Positions 49,254 through 61,654 of a stretch of 64,000 nt of DNA are shown in pieces. The notes under the pieces are model-generated. The model had not been told where the DNA came from. It searched no databases and saw only the letters and a list, made by a program, of their open reading frames with translations. How positions within the stretch are numbered: position 1 is the first letter of the stretch; the number at the start of each line of letters is the position of its first letter. The position numbers and the translations under genes were made by a program. This DNA is from Azolla caroliniana (lineage: Eukaryota; Plantae; Polypodiophyta): NCBI GenBank assembly GCA_043228905.1, contig JBHGNT010000004.1, positions 15,128,001 through 15,192,000 of the forward strand, written 5' to 3'.

Positions 49254-52200
49254 TCACTTCGGCATGGGATGTCTCTCCAATCCGACCCTCTTCCGGCACG
49301 CTTCCAGCTTGTCGGGTGTGAGCACCTTGGTCAGCATATCTGACCCGTTCTCGTCCGTGTGGACCTTCGTCAGCTCGAACTCCTTGTCTTCTATCCTTTC
49401 CCGGATCCAGTGATATCTTCGCTGGATGTGCTTCGTCCGGGAGTGATAAGCCGCGTTCTTCGCAAGGTGGATGGCACTCTGACTGTCGCAGTAGAGTCGG
49501 TACTCCTCCTGCTGGATACCGAGCTCTCTAATGAAGTCCTTCATCCATATTATTTCCTTGCCGGCTTCAACAGCCGCCATGTACTCCGCCTCCGTGGTTG
49601 ACAACGCAACCGTCTTCTGCAGCCTCGACTGCCACGAAACGGCTCCCCCTGCATAGGTCATCACATACCCTGATGTGGACCGGCTGGTATCTGCATCAGC
49701 CGACATATCCGAATCGGTGAAGCCGTCGAGTTCAGGCTTACCGGAGCCGAATCGGAGGCACACGTTTGCCGTGCCCTTCAGGTATCGGAGTATCCACTTG
49801 ACCGCGTTCCAATGCTCTTTGCCGGGATTGCTCATGTACCGGCTCACCACTCCGACTGCATATCCAATGTCTGGTCTTGTACACACCATTGCGTACATCA
49901 AGCTTCCGACAGCAGAGGCATATGGTACTTTCATCATGTCCTCTTTCTCAGCCTTTGTCCTGGGGCTTTGGTTGCTGGACAGCTTGCAGTTTGCCGGGAG
50001 GGTTGATCCGACCGGTCTTGCTTCCGACATGTTGAACCGTTGAAGCACCTTTGTCACGTACTTCTCCTGTGACAGCCACAACTGCTTCTTGCTCCGGTCC
50101 CGGATGATGTGCATCCCTAGTATTTGTCTTGCCGGACCCAAGTCCTTCATTGAGAAGGTTCGGTGAAGAGCCTTCTTCAGCATCCGTATCTTGACCTGGT
50201 CCCGTCCGACGATCAACATGTCGTCCACGTACAAGAGGAGTATTAGAGAGTCTCCTCCTTCGAACTTCTTCACAAACACGCAGTGGTCAGACTGCGTTTT
50301 GTGGTACCCTTCGTCGGTCATGAAGGAGTCGAACTTCCGGTACCATTGCCGGGGAGCCTGCTTCAGTCCGTAAAGGCTCTTCTTCAACCGGCATACCAGG
50401 TGCTCCTTCCCTTTCTTCTCGAATCCTTCCGGTTGCTGCATGTAGATCTCTTCTTCGAGGTCACCGTGAAGGAATGCCGTCTTCACGTCCATCTGTTCTA
50501 CCTCGAGGTCCATGCTTGCTGCTATGCTCAGCACCGTCCGGATGGAGGTCATCTTCACTACCGGGGCAAATATCTCGTCGAAGTCGACGCCCTTCTTCTG
50601 CTGGAACCCCTTCACCACGATCCTGGCTTTGTATCTCGGGGGGTTTCCGGCATCTCCCGGTTTCAGCTTGAACACCCACTTGTTTCGAAGTGCCCGCTTT
50701 CCTTTCGGCAACTCCACAAGTTCATATGTGTGGTTCTCATGCAGGGAATCCATCTCGTCCTGCATGGCACTCAACCACCTGCGGTTCTGGGTGTCATACT
50801 TTGCTTCTTCAAAGCTCTCCGGCTCCCCCTCGTCGGTTAGCAGCACGTGCTCTGGTTCCGGAAATCTCCGGGGGGCCCTTCTCTCTCTTAGAGGATATCT
50901 CCGTTCCGGAGCTTCGGTAACCGGCTCCTCCGTTTCCTCTTCATCCGAATCCATTTCGGGATCGGGGCCGGTTCCGGTATCAGTTTCATCTTCCTCGGCC
51001 GGTTCTGTTTCTTCACCGTCTTCGGCCGGATCCTCGAGTGTTAACCGGTCCCTTGCCGGTCGGGACTGCTCCTCGTAGAGTTTGTCCTCACCGGTCGACT
51101 TGGAGCTCTTCATCTTCTTCTCCGACTCCCAGTCGGCGAGTGTCTTGTTCTCCATGAAGATGATATCTCGACTCCTGAATATCTTCTTGTCGACCGGGTC
51201 CCATACTCGGTAGCCGAACTCGTCGTCGCCGTAACCGAGGAATATGCATGGCCGGGTCTTTGGATCTAGCTTTCCTCTCCGGTCCTTTGCCACATGCACG
51301 TATGCGAGACACCCGAACACCTTCAGATGCCAGTAGGACACTTCCTTACCGGTCCACACTTTCTGCGGCGTGTCTCCGTCCAGAGGTACTGAGGGTGATC
51401 TATTTATCACATACGTCGCTGTCGACATTGCCTCAGCCCAAAACCCCTTGGGTAATTTCGCATGCGCCAGCATACTCCGAACCCTCTCCATTATGGTCCG
51501 GTTCATCCTCTCGGCCAGCCCGTTCAGTTCCGGCGTCTTCGGCACAGTAAACTCGAGCCGGATCCCCTTCGAGCGACAGTACTCCTGGAACTGCCCCCGG
51601 TATTCCCCTCCGTTATCCGCTCGTATTGCTTTCAGCTTCTTGCCGGATTCCCTTTCCACTCTCGCGTGGAGTTCTTTGAAGACGGACAATACTTGGTCCT
51701 TTGTCTTCAACGGTGCCGTCCACAGCTTCCGGCTGTGATCATCAATGAATGTTACGAAGTACTGGGCTCCGCCATGTGACTTCGTTTCTACCTGACACAC
51801 ATCGGTGTGCACCAGCTCCAATGGTGCGCTACGTCTCGTCGGTGGCCTTGAGTGGAAGGAGGTCCGGTTTTGCTTACCGGCCAGGCAGTCGGTGCACTTC
51901 TCCAGGTGCACATGCTTCACTGGAATAAGGTTGTCTTCTGCAAGCCTCTTCATCCCCTTCTCACTCATGTGGCACAGTCTCTTGTGCCACAGCTCACCGG
52001 CAGTGTCGGCTGCCACGTTCAGCTCCTCCGGACAGAGCCGGGAATTCATCAGGTACAGGGTGTTGACCTTCCGGGCCCGAGCCACTATCAGGCTCCCTTT
52101 GCTGAACTTCATGACACCGTTCCGGATGCTACCCGTGTAGCCTTCATCGTCTAGCCTCCCGGCCGAGATCAGGTTCAATCGGACCTCCGGAACGTGTCGC

Positions 52201-53327
52201 ACATCCTTCAGTAGCATCTTGCAACCGGTTGATGTCATCAGCCACACGTCTCCTATGCCGGCTATCCGGCACGTACCTTCATTTCCCATCCGGACACAGC
52301 CGAGCTCACCGGCTGTGTAGGATGAGAAGTATTTCTTCTCCGGGGTCAGGTGGAACGACGCTCCGGAATCGACCACCCAGGTCATCTCTACGCCGGCAAG
52401 GTTCAGCTCCCTCTCTTCGGTAATAAGCATTATCTCTTCTTCACTTGCCGCGAGTGCCGTCGTTCCTTTCCGTTCCTGCCCTCGCCGATCCGGACCTCTC
52501 CGGTCCGTGGCTCCCCGGTATGCACCGTTTCTCTCCGGTGACTTCTTCGAATCGGTGTCGTCGGCTCCGTTGTCCTTTCGGTAATGCCGACAATTCTTCC
52601 GGAAGTGCCCCGGCTTCCCACAGTGAAAGCATGTTGGCCTTCCTCTTGACTGCGACCGGGTCCCCGACTTCTCCCGTCTTTGCGGACTCCGGTTCCACTG
52701 TCTTCCCCGTTCCGATTCGGTAAGCAGCGCCTTCGAGTCGGAAACCGGTTCTTTATCTCTCCGACGCGCTTCTTCGTTCAAAATACTTGTCTTTACCGTT
52801 TGTAGGGACAAGTTATCTTCCGTGCAGGAGGTGCTGAGAGTCACCACCAAGTTCTCCCAGCTGTCCGGCAATGTACACATCAGGATGATGGCTTGCATTG
52901 CATCCTCCAACGGGAACTTGATCGCCGCAAGCTGGTTCACGAATCCCATGAACGTGCTTACGTGTTCCACCATACTTTCGCCGTCCCGGTACTTGAGGTT
53001 CACTATCTTTCTCATCAGGGAGGTCCGGTTCAACGCATTCTTCCTCTCGTAGAGGCCCGACAGCTTCCTCCACATCTCATATGCGTTGGTGTCGTTCGCC
53101 ACGTGTTGTAGAACGCTCACGTCGACGTATTGCCGAATGGTTGCAACGGCTTTCCGGTTCAGAAGCCTCCACTCCGTCTCAAGTACCCCCTTGGGTATTT
53201 CCGACCTGTCGATCGGTTCATACAGGTCCCGAACAATGAGCAGATCCTCCATCTTTATCTTCCAGTCGGCGTAGTTCTGCGCGTTCAGCACCATCATGCC
53301 CGGAGGCCCACTACCGCCGCCTTCCAT
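49254..53327 (-). CDS. Copia Gag-Pol polyprotein, 1357 aa from ATG 53327 (MEGGGSG...)
   Basis: Single open frame with CFHCGKPGHFRKNC, WVVDSGAS, WHKRLCHMS, LVHTDVC/ADNGGEY/AERMN, LLYVDDML and RNase H FTDSD...TTEAEY...CDSQSA. Confidence 0.97.
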   Translation of the reverse strand: MEGGGSGPPGMMVLNAQNYADWKIKMEDLLIVRDLYEPIDRSEIPKGVLETEWRLLNRKAVATIRQYVDVSVLQHVANDTNAYEMWRKLSGLYERKNALNRTSLMRKIVNLKYRDGESMVEHVSTFMGFVNQLAAIKFPLEDAMQAIILMCTLPDSWENLVVTLSTSCTEDNLSLQTVKTSILNEEARRRDKEPVSDSKALLTESERGRQWNRSPQRREKSGTRSQSRGRPTCFHCGKPGHFRKNCRHYRKDNGADDTDSKKSPERNGAYRGATDRRGPDRRGQERKGTTALAASEEEIMLITEERELNLAGVEMTWVVDSGASFHLTPEKKYFSSYTAGELGCVRMGNEGTCRIAGIGDVWLMTSTGCKMLLKDVRHVPEVRLNLISAGRLDDEGYTGSIRNGVMKFSKGSLIVARARKVNTLYLMNSRLCPEELNVAADTAGELWHKRLCHMSEKGMKRLAEDNLIPVKHVHLEKCTDCLAGKQNRTSFHSRPPTRRSAPLELVHTDVCQVETKSHGGAQYFVTFIDDHSRKLWTAPLKTKDQVLSVFKELHARVERESGKKLKAIRADNGGEYRGQFQEYCRSKGIRLEFTVPKTPELNGLAERMNRTIMERVRSMLAHAKLPKGFWAEAMSTATYVINRSPSVPLDGDTPQKVWTGKEVSYWHLKVFGCLAYVHVAKDRRGKLDPKTRPCIFLGYGDDEFGYRVWDPVDKKIFRSRDIIFMENKTLADWESEKKMKSSKSTGEDKLYEEQSRPARDRLTLEDPAEDGEETEPAEEDETDTGTGPDPEMDSDEEETEEPVTEAPERRYPLRERRAPRRFPEPEHVLLTDEGEPESFEEAKYDTQNRRWLSAMQDEMDSLHENHTYELVELPKGKRALRNKWVFKLKPGDAGNPPRYKARIVVKGFQQKKGVDFDEIFAPVVKMTSIRTVLSIAASMDLEVEQMDVKTAFLHGDLEEEIYMQQPEGFEKKGKEHLVCRLKKSLYGLKQAPRQWYRKFDSFMTDEGYHKTQSDHCVFVKKFEGGDSLILLLYVDDMLIVGRDQVKIRMLKKALHRTFSMKDLGPARQILGMHIIRDRSKKQLWLSQEKYVTKVLQRFNMSEARPVGSTLPANCKLSSNQSPRTKAEKEDMMKVPYASAVGSLMYAMVCTRPDIGYAVGVVSRYMSNPGKEHWNAVKWILRYLKGTANVCLRFGSGKPELDGFTDSDMSADADTSRSTSGYVMTYAGGAVSWQSRLQKTVALSTTEAEYMAAVEAGKEIIWMKDFIRELGIQQEEYRLYCDSQSAIHLAKNAAYHSRTKHIQRRYHWIRERIEDKEFELTKVHTDENGSDMLTKVLTPDKLEACRKRVGLERHPMPK

Positions 53328-56300
53328 TTTCTGTGTTACCGTCGCTCTGATACCACTTTGTTGCAATTCCGTGCTCGGCCACAACCGAGGAACAGGATCG
53401 ATTCGCAGAAAATGGGAAATACAAGAATGCACGAAGAACAACAGAGAGAAGAGCACACAGGATGTTTACGTGGAAAACCCTAAATGGGGAAAAACCACGG
53501 GAGTCCTCTAACTCCAACGATCACTATACACAGAGATGTACAATGGTGAGGCTACAAGGCAACAACCTTGAGCTCGCTGTCCTCGCCACAGGCGGCGGTA
53601 TTACACAGAGGCGTAGTTCTCTTCCTTCCTCTTTCTCTCTCACTCTCTCTCGGCTGCTCTCACTTCGCTCCCTCTTAGTGGAAAACAGAAAAATGAGCAA
53701 CAACATAAACTGTTTGCCCTAAGTCATATTTATACACATATGACTTTCGGGCTATTTACAAATATAGCCTCAAGGGCTCTTGGCAAACATATTCACAAAT
53801 ATGTCCCCGCATCCGGATCTCTCTCCGGGTACATTCATCATCCGGTTCCGTAACCGGGGTCTTCATCATCCGGTTCCGTAACCGGGGTCTTCATCATCCG
53901 GCTCCGTAACCGGGATCTTCAGCATCCGGATCCGTAACCGGGTACTCGTCATCCGGCTTCATGCCGGGTACTCTTCATCATCCGGTTCCGTAACCGCAAC
54001 CGGGCTTGCCGTCATTCATCTCCGGACATCCCATCCGGAGGGACCGAAATCCCAACAAGCCTTTCCTCCCTAGGGACTCTATTAGCCCGATCATTCTCAA
54101 TCTCAAGTTGGTGAGATGATATCCTAACTTGTCCAATGGCAACCCTTAGTGCATTTGATAAGAATGTATCAAGATATCTTGGTCGTGTAATAAAACCTAA
54201 CTGAGAGAAGTGCAAGAAGTGTTCCTTATAGTACAACACTTTAAATGGGAGTGGATCTCGTGGGGTGATCCATTTATATCGAGTGTAAATTTGCCATATT
54301 TCTTGGCGTATCACTTTATTATGGTCTTCATGAGATATTAGAGTTTGGTCAGTCCCATGGTTGTACTTAGGGGGGTAGGTTATTAATGTCTACGTTGTTT
54401 GCAAGTAACCAACTCACCACAGTGCTATACCAAGAGCTAGTGTCTCTAGATGCATGTAGGGATCGAGATGCCTCAAAGGCTCGACGGGATATCCTATCTT
54501 GTGGTTGGCTATGTATTCGATGAATAAAAACTACCACTTGAAACAATGCTTCTACTAACATTGGGGGCAGACTAAACTCTGCTCTAATAATGTCATGTGG
54601 TATTGTCGATTTGCTTTGGAATTGATGTGATAACATCATCACCAAAGGTCTCTCTAATTGTATCCACATGAAAGATGGTAGACTTGGAGCCCATACTACT
54701 GATGCATACATGAGGGGAGGGGTCACTAATGAGTCGAAGAGCCATCCCTTAGTCTGTGTCTCTTGAAAGTATGCTTGGTGGCATTGTCTCTCTAAGAGTG
54801 AGAGGGATGCATACCCTCTCATTAGCCTATCTTTGGCTGCCTAGGTCATCGAGAATTTACCTGAGTGAGCACTAAAAGTGACTCCCAAGTATACATATGA
54901 TCCAACTACCTCAACTAGTTTATGAGAGAGTATTAGGTGACATTTAATCCTAACTCGGGACGATGTATGAAAGATAAGGAATTTAGTTTTCGCTAGATTC
55001 ACTACTAGTCCGTGTTGTGTACAAAAGTCATCTAGGGCATTAAGATGCTTTTGTAGGTCGTGTTCCGACTCTAAGAGCAAGACAATGTTGTCTATGTAGA
55101 GTAAGAGACTAACTTGCGTATCCCCAATAGCTACTCCCTTGCCTCCCTTACGAGCAATAAAATCAATGATCTCATCAATGTAGATCCCAAAAAGAGTCGG
55201 TGATAGGGGGGACCCCTGTTTTACACCAATGGTGCTAGTGAAACAATCGGATAGGCTAGTTGGGCATCTTATGCACCTAGAGACTTGCTCATATAGGGCA
55301 TAAATGGCCCAAATCATGTCATTTGGTATCTCCAAGCTCTTAAGCCTATCAAACAACTTCTCCCTAGGAACTATGTCAAAGGCTTTGCGGAAGTCCACAA
55401 AGCAACAATATAGTTTCTTCTTACAAGCCTTCGTCTGGTCAATTAAGCACCTAAGTGTGAAGATATGGTCAATAGTGGAGAAGGCTCATCTAAAGCCAGC
55501 ATGCTCAGGTGCTCGAAGACTTAATGTTTTCATATAATCGCTAAGCTCCGCTTCCATTACTGCACCATATAGTTTAGCGAGCGTATGTCCTATGATCTAT
55601 CATAATGGTCCTATATGTATTTGGGTCCATTGGGTTCCCTCCTTTATGTATAGGGGCCATTGTGTTCATGGTCCATTGTGGTGGAAAACCCTTGGCAAGG
55701 GCGTGGTTACAGATTAGAGTGAGAAAGGGGGCTAGACACTCTCAGGCATATATGATGTGCTCGGCTTGCAATCCTGTGTGGTCCATGGATTTCCTATGTT
55801 GTAATTTTTTTTATGACCTTCGTGACCCTAGAGGTCGTGAAAAGTGTCCCCATGTTAGGTCGGGGTGTGGAAGGCATTGGGATGGGTGGTCGGTTCGAGA
55901 CATGGTAGAGTCTCTCGATATATGTGTGCCAAATATTGGGATCCTCGATGGGTGTTTGTGGTCGAGGTTATCGTAGTCTCTTCTATGCAAGGGCACAATC
56001 CCTACTCATGAGCATATGGTAGAGTTCCCAATATTGGGATGCTTCCCAACCTTGTCTTTTACAACGTGTCATCTTGCGCATCTCTTTTCGAGCCTGTACT
56101 AAGGAAATAGTACCACTAAGTCGCGACACTTTAAGTTGTCGATACAACTCTCTACAATCCTCATCATACCACTTGTTTTGTGGCATAGACCCTATTCTAC
56201 TATGATTGGAGTGTTTTGTGTATGGGAAGCTACTAATTGCTGTTGAGTGAAGGGTGTGTGCGAGTTTTGTAGTGAGGTTCTCTAAAGGCAAGGAAGAATC

Positions 56301-57290
56301 AAAAGAGGAGAGATGGGCTTGAACATGTTGAGAGTAAATGTCAGCAAGCTCATGCATGAAATGTTTTATGGTGTGATGGTTTGGTTTACTAGAGTTGGTG
56401 GCGTGGGAGGTGTCACATTTTTGCTCAAAGTATAGGAAACTATGGTCTGCACCAATGAGGCATGGGGCCACCTGGAAGGAGTTAACCATGTGGGTAGCTT
56501 CAGGGCATCCTATTAGGTAATCAATTGTGCTTTCCCCTCCTCCATGTGGGAAACATGTGAGCACTTCCGAGCTCGGCCACTTGGTTAAGCCATTATATAT
56601 GATCATCTGGTGTCGGCTTCCAAGTTCAAGCAGATGATGGCCAAAGCTCGTGGCGTCCGCACCTTGATCCTTTGATTGGCGTCCGCATTGTCGGGATTGG
56701 GTTCTCGCATTGAATTCTCCTACAAGGAAGACTTCCCCTTGAGAAGAATATCAGATTATGTCATTTGATAAAGGTTCGTATGGAGAAGGCCCATGCGGCG
56801 TTCCTTCATCAACTATACTCGCCTCTCTAGCCATATTATACCGGGATCTAATAACTCTAACTTTGTTGCTTGTTCATCTTTTATAAAAACAATTAGGGTG
56901 AAGTAGTTGGAGTCCCAAACAAGGATATCTCGAAGATCAGGGTGTAGTAGCAAGTGTGTTTTTTATTGACAAAATTTTTGATTAGGGTTTATTTCATACA
57001 TATTTAAGGTTAGGATTCCTGATTTCCTTAAACAGTTGATTTCTGTTAGGGTTTCTGATTAGGATTTCTAATTTCTTTAAGTGGTTGATTTCAGATTACT
57101 GTTGAAAATTTCAGATTTAGTGTTGGAATTTTGCACCAATTCACATTTCGGATTTCAATGGCTGTGTGTTTGCAAACTTCCCCCAAATTTGATTTAGGAT
57201 TTGGGTGAATTGGTTGATTTTTTATTTTTGATTCTTCCCTACCAATCATGGTACTAAATACACGTCCCAGTAGAGCAGAGGTAACATGAA

Positions 57291-58013
57291 TTGATTTTTT
57301 ATTTCAGGTGTCTCGTTCCTCCATATCCTAGAATGCTGAACTTTGCAAAGTTTTGCAAGACAAAAGAGGACTTTAACAACATATATGGTCTATCACTAGA
57401 GGGTATTGACCCTGCTATTCTAACAGATAAATTGATTAGTGATATAGACTGGTTGTCAGTCTATAAAGTGCCCAGAGTGAAAGGCAAGGTGAAGCTCAAG
57501 CATGTACGATTGGAGCTGTATGAAGACTACATGAGGCTCCACCAGAAAGTACATCAAGAGATCCCGGTCAACAACGAGTTGTCCATTGCATTCGTGAGGG
57601 CTTTTCCATACGAGTATTGCAAAACAACGAAGGAAGCAACAGACCCTAAAATGTACAGGGTAGCTTGGGCTATTCATGGTGAGGCATCGGTAGAACGATG
57701 CTGAAAGATGGGGAGCTTGCAACAAAAAATGGCAAGATTCTGGAGCATGTCAATTGATGATGCAACTGTTGACTCCTGACAAACCCGAAAGTATACACCA
57801 CACTGAAACACAATGAAAGCCAATGTCGATGATAGATGTGAGACATTGATTAGCTATATGCTGAAGAATGTCCATGAAGCCTGTGAGACACTAGAGGCAA
57901 CAAAGTCTAATTTAGAGAGAGCAGCATTGGCTGTTGCGATGGAGAGCAAAGTCACTTTGGCAGTGAGAACAATAAAAAATAAGATTCAGGTAGATTGTTT
58001 TGCTAGTATGTAA
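57291..58013 (+). pseudogene. Degenerate ORF(s) of unknown function, probably transposon-associated
   Basis: 137-aa frame after an acceptor-like TTTCAG (…YEDYMRLHQKVHQEIPVNNELSIAFVRAF…VAWAIHGE), followed by a helical fragment at 57813-58013. No recognised domain. Confidence 0.35.
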
Positions 58014-58309
58014 CATGTTATAAATAACTTGTACATGAAAATGTGCTTAGTGAGGCATTATCTGGAACAGGCTGCTCAACACGAGCTCGAAATTGAGGGC
58101 CCGTTGGATCCCTAGTGGAAAATACAACTGCAAACAGAGATCCAGGTTCTTTCAATGAACCTGGACCTTCTAGGTGTAAATATTGTCGCTTATTACAATT
58201 TGGAGTACCTCCAAGTAAGTTAATGATTCTTGTATCTTGTTGTTCTATCTTTATCATTAAGGAATGATAATCGGTAATTGATCGGTTGCGTTCTAGGAAC
58301 AATACTCCC

Positions 58310-61300
58310 GTCAAGAACAAGTAGTTAGTTGCCTTAAGAAGCAGCTACATTTTGTGGAGGGGATGGTAAAGAGAAAACAAGAATTGGACCTCAACATTTT
58401 GTAGATGATTGTACGCGGAAGGTTTGGTCCTACTCGATTAGGTCCAAAGACGAAACGCTTGAGGTCTTCACTCGATGGATAGCTGAAGTGGAGAATCGGT
58501 TGAGACACAGAGTGAAGACACTCTGATCCGACAATAGTGGAGAATACACCTCCCAAGCCTTCAAACAATACCTATCTGACAAAGGGATCCGGCATCAAAA
58601 GACCGTTCTGTACACACCCATGTAGAATGAGTGGCAGAACGGATCAATTGAATGATCCAGGAGAGGCTGACAACAATGCTTCAACAAGCCGGACTGAAGC
58701 TGGAGTTCTAGGGTGAAGCATTGTAGACGGTAGTATATCTAATCAACCTATTGACGTAGGCTCAAAGTGCCATAGGCACTATGGTCAGACAAACAACCAA
58801 CCTATGATAGGCTCCACATATTCAAATGCGAAGCCTACGCATTTGTCCCCCGGGAAAATAGGACCAAATTGGCACCCCATGCAACAAAATACATATTTCT
58901 CGGTTATGGAACTGCTGGGGAATTCGGCTATAGGTTATGGAACCCAGAGAACCAAAAATTGATCTAGAGCAGTGATGTAGTCGTCAATGAAGATTCTATT
59001 CTCTCTAAGTGGAACCAACAGAAAATAGTGGCAGAAAGGTCTCTTTCAAAATCTACAGAGACATTGTAGAAAGACCGACCCATTGGGCCGAATTGGCGAT
59101 TCAATAAATAGTCATAATAGACCGAGCCGACACCATCCCCGTCGACCCCAAATTGGTACGAGGTCCATTAGTCGAACTCGAAGACAAAGACATCAAAGAC
59201 AAAGTTGAATCGACAAAAGTAGAAAAAGGCACAGTTGACAAGATGCGAGTCGGAGACGATAGAGTCGAAAGAGACAGAGTCAACCTAACCAAGATACCCA
59301 AGGCCAAAGGGAAAAATAGATCTGAGTTGGCTAAGTTCCCCAATCCCAAACAAGGGGGATGTTGTGACCTCGCTGAAGTCCTAATACAGGGGCAAGTCGT
59401 CCAACAATGCTCTTGAAGATGGTTCAAACAATACCGATCAGCCGATTGAAGAAATCAAACCAACAAAATTGGCACTGAGGAGATTCGGACGAGTCAGAAG
59501 GCCAACAAAGTTCTATCTACCGGGCCTTGACTATGTCAACTACACCAATGCAGGTGAATCAAGCACATACAAAGAAGCTATGGCCGCACCGGACGCCGAT
59601 ACATGGCTGCAAGCCATGAGATCCGAGATGGACTCGATTCATCAGAACAATACATGGGAGCTGGTCGAACTACCAGTAGGAAGAAAGCCGCTACTTTGGA
59701 AATGGGTATTCCGATACAAATATGTATCTTATTCAGAGAAGCCCAAATATAAAATTCGGCTCGTCGCGAAGGGGTTCAAACAAGAGCATGGGGTCGACTA
59801 TGACGAGATATTCTCACCAGTAGTCAAGAAGACCACCCTTCAGCTCCTACTAGGGGTCGTGACGACAAATGACCTAGAGCTCGAGCAAATGGACATAAAC
59901 ACAACGTTCCTACACGAAGATATGGATGAAGACATTTACATGTGTCAATTGGCAGGCTTCATGGTGACAGGGGAGGAAGGTCACCTTGTATGTCGATTGA
60001 AGAAAATACTTTACGGCTTAAAACACATGCTGAGGATGTGGTAACAGAAGTTCAACTCCTACATCTAACAACTCGGCTACATTTGGTTCGACTCTGACCC
60101 ATGTCTATATGTTCGGCAGCTGGCCGACGCGTCCCGGTTCTATCTGATCCTATATGTCAACAACATGCTGATTGCAGGAAGAAATCAGAAATCAGAAATT
60201 TAAAGCAGAGCCTTCACGACAAATTCATGATGAAGGAACTCAGACAAGCTCGACACATACAAGGCATGCGGATCGAGCGAAATCGGACGTCGAAAACTCT
60301 CTGACTCTCCCAATTCGACTACATCCGGAAGGTGCTAAGGCGCTTCAACATGGAGAACACGAAGCCAGCACCGACACCGCTTTCAACATCAATCCGACTA
60401 TCAGACAGAGAATCTCCTTCGACGGACAAGGAGAGAGAGCTTAATGGAAAGATACCCTATGCATCGACTGTAGAAAGTATCATGTACGCGATGGTGGCGA
60501 CCCGACCTGATCTTGCATATGTTGTAGGGGTCATCAGCCGATACATGTTCAACCTAAGATAGAAGCATTGGGAGGCCATAAAGAACATTGTCAGGTACCT
60601 AAGAGGAACCAAAGATGCACAATTGATGTTCGGATCGACAAACTCTACCGAAGTTGAAGGCTACACCAACTTCGACTATGCCGGAAATTCTGACAATCAG
60701 AAGTCGACATGACGCTACATCTTCACGGATGGCAAAGGTGCCATATCATGGAGGTCAAAGCTACAAGAGTGCATGACCCTATCTACCATAGAGGCCAAGT
60801 ACATGCCAACATCAGAAGCAGCTAAGGAAGCAATCTGGCTGCATCGACTATCAACCGACTTCTCAGCAACAAGTCAAATCGACCATCCAGAGCTGACGAT
60901 CTATTGCAACTCACAAAACAGAATACACCTCATTCAGAACCCAGTCTACCATGTGAAGATGAAACACATTGAGGTGCAGTATCATCATATTCGGGAGCTC
61001 ATAACCGAGAAGAAGCTCAAAGTCTGAAAGATTTACACCAAGGAGAACATCATCGATTGCCTGATGAAGCCACTCCCAGATCAATACTTTAGAACACTAA
61101 CGACAAAGATGGGACTACAACAAGTGACCGAGCCAAAGAACGCCGAGAAAGGATCACAAGGTAAGATGATCCAAACATTTCAGACAAACCGATCTGAATG
61201 ACTACCCGAATCAACCAAGATATCAATTCTACATCTACCGACTCGGCTTTACACCGACTGACTTGTAATATAAATCTAGATTAATTTTGTAATCTAGGTT

Positions 61301-61654
61301 TACGGGAGAGATAACCTCAATCACTTGTACATGTAGGAAAGAGTAGTCCTTTTACGGGAGAGTTTTGTTGGCAGAAAAGGCCGACTCCTTGCACTTTGCA
61401 TCCTAGTGTGTGAACACGTCCAAATAGTTAGGGCTTAGTATATGACCTCAAACCTAACGTTGTAACATATGATTCTTGTATCTTGAATCTCTGAGAGAGA
61501 GAGAACAGAGAAATAACGAAAGCTTCCATTAAAGCTGAAAACTGTGCCAATGCTTCTGTCTAGTTTTCTGCCATACTTTTCTTGTTATTTGTTGAGCACA
61601 TAACCGATAGCTCCCTACATACTTTTGCATACGCATCGAACATCATAGACAACA
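58310..61654 (+). mobile_element. Decayed copia 3' half (integrase, RT, RNase H, PPT, 3' LTR)
   Basis: Integrase remnants from ~58390. RT 59469-60562. RNase H 60773-61110. PPT ACGGGAGAG. LTR 61366-61654 (TGTTGG...CAACA). Confidence 0.88.

Larger units (their letters stand above)
48545..54057 (-). mobile_element. Intact, very recent Ty1/copia retrotransposon (Tork/Tnt1-like)
   Basis: LTRs 48545-49243 and 53359-54057 (699 bp; one difference seen, 48594 A vs 53408 G). Perfect TSD AGCCT. PBS TGGTATCAGAGC at 53344-53355. PPT GAAGGGGGAG adjacent to the 3' LTR. Confidence 0.98.
47798..56830 (-). mobile_element. Decayed LINE split by the intact copia (parts 47798-48544 and 54063-56830)
   Basis: Tail and stem-loop at 47798-47872. 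The zinc finger reads across the insertion (VPREERL|CRLCHIEIEDEYHF). RT at 54841-55398. Endonuclease remnant STIDY...ADH at 55983-56606. Confidence 0.85.

Noticed and set aside
53328-53456. First 43 aa of the 1400-aa ORF call
   Set aside because: They lie in the LTR/PBS and start at a non-ATG codon; the likely start is ATG 53327.
49359-53483. Many overlapping antisense and alternate-frame ORFs over the copia polyprotein
   Set aside because: Expected shadow ORFs of a GC-rich coding sequence; no motifs.
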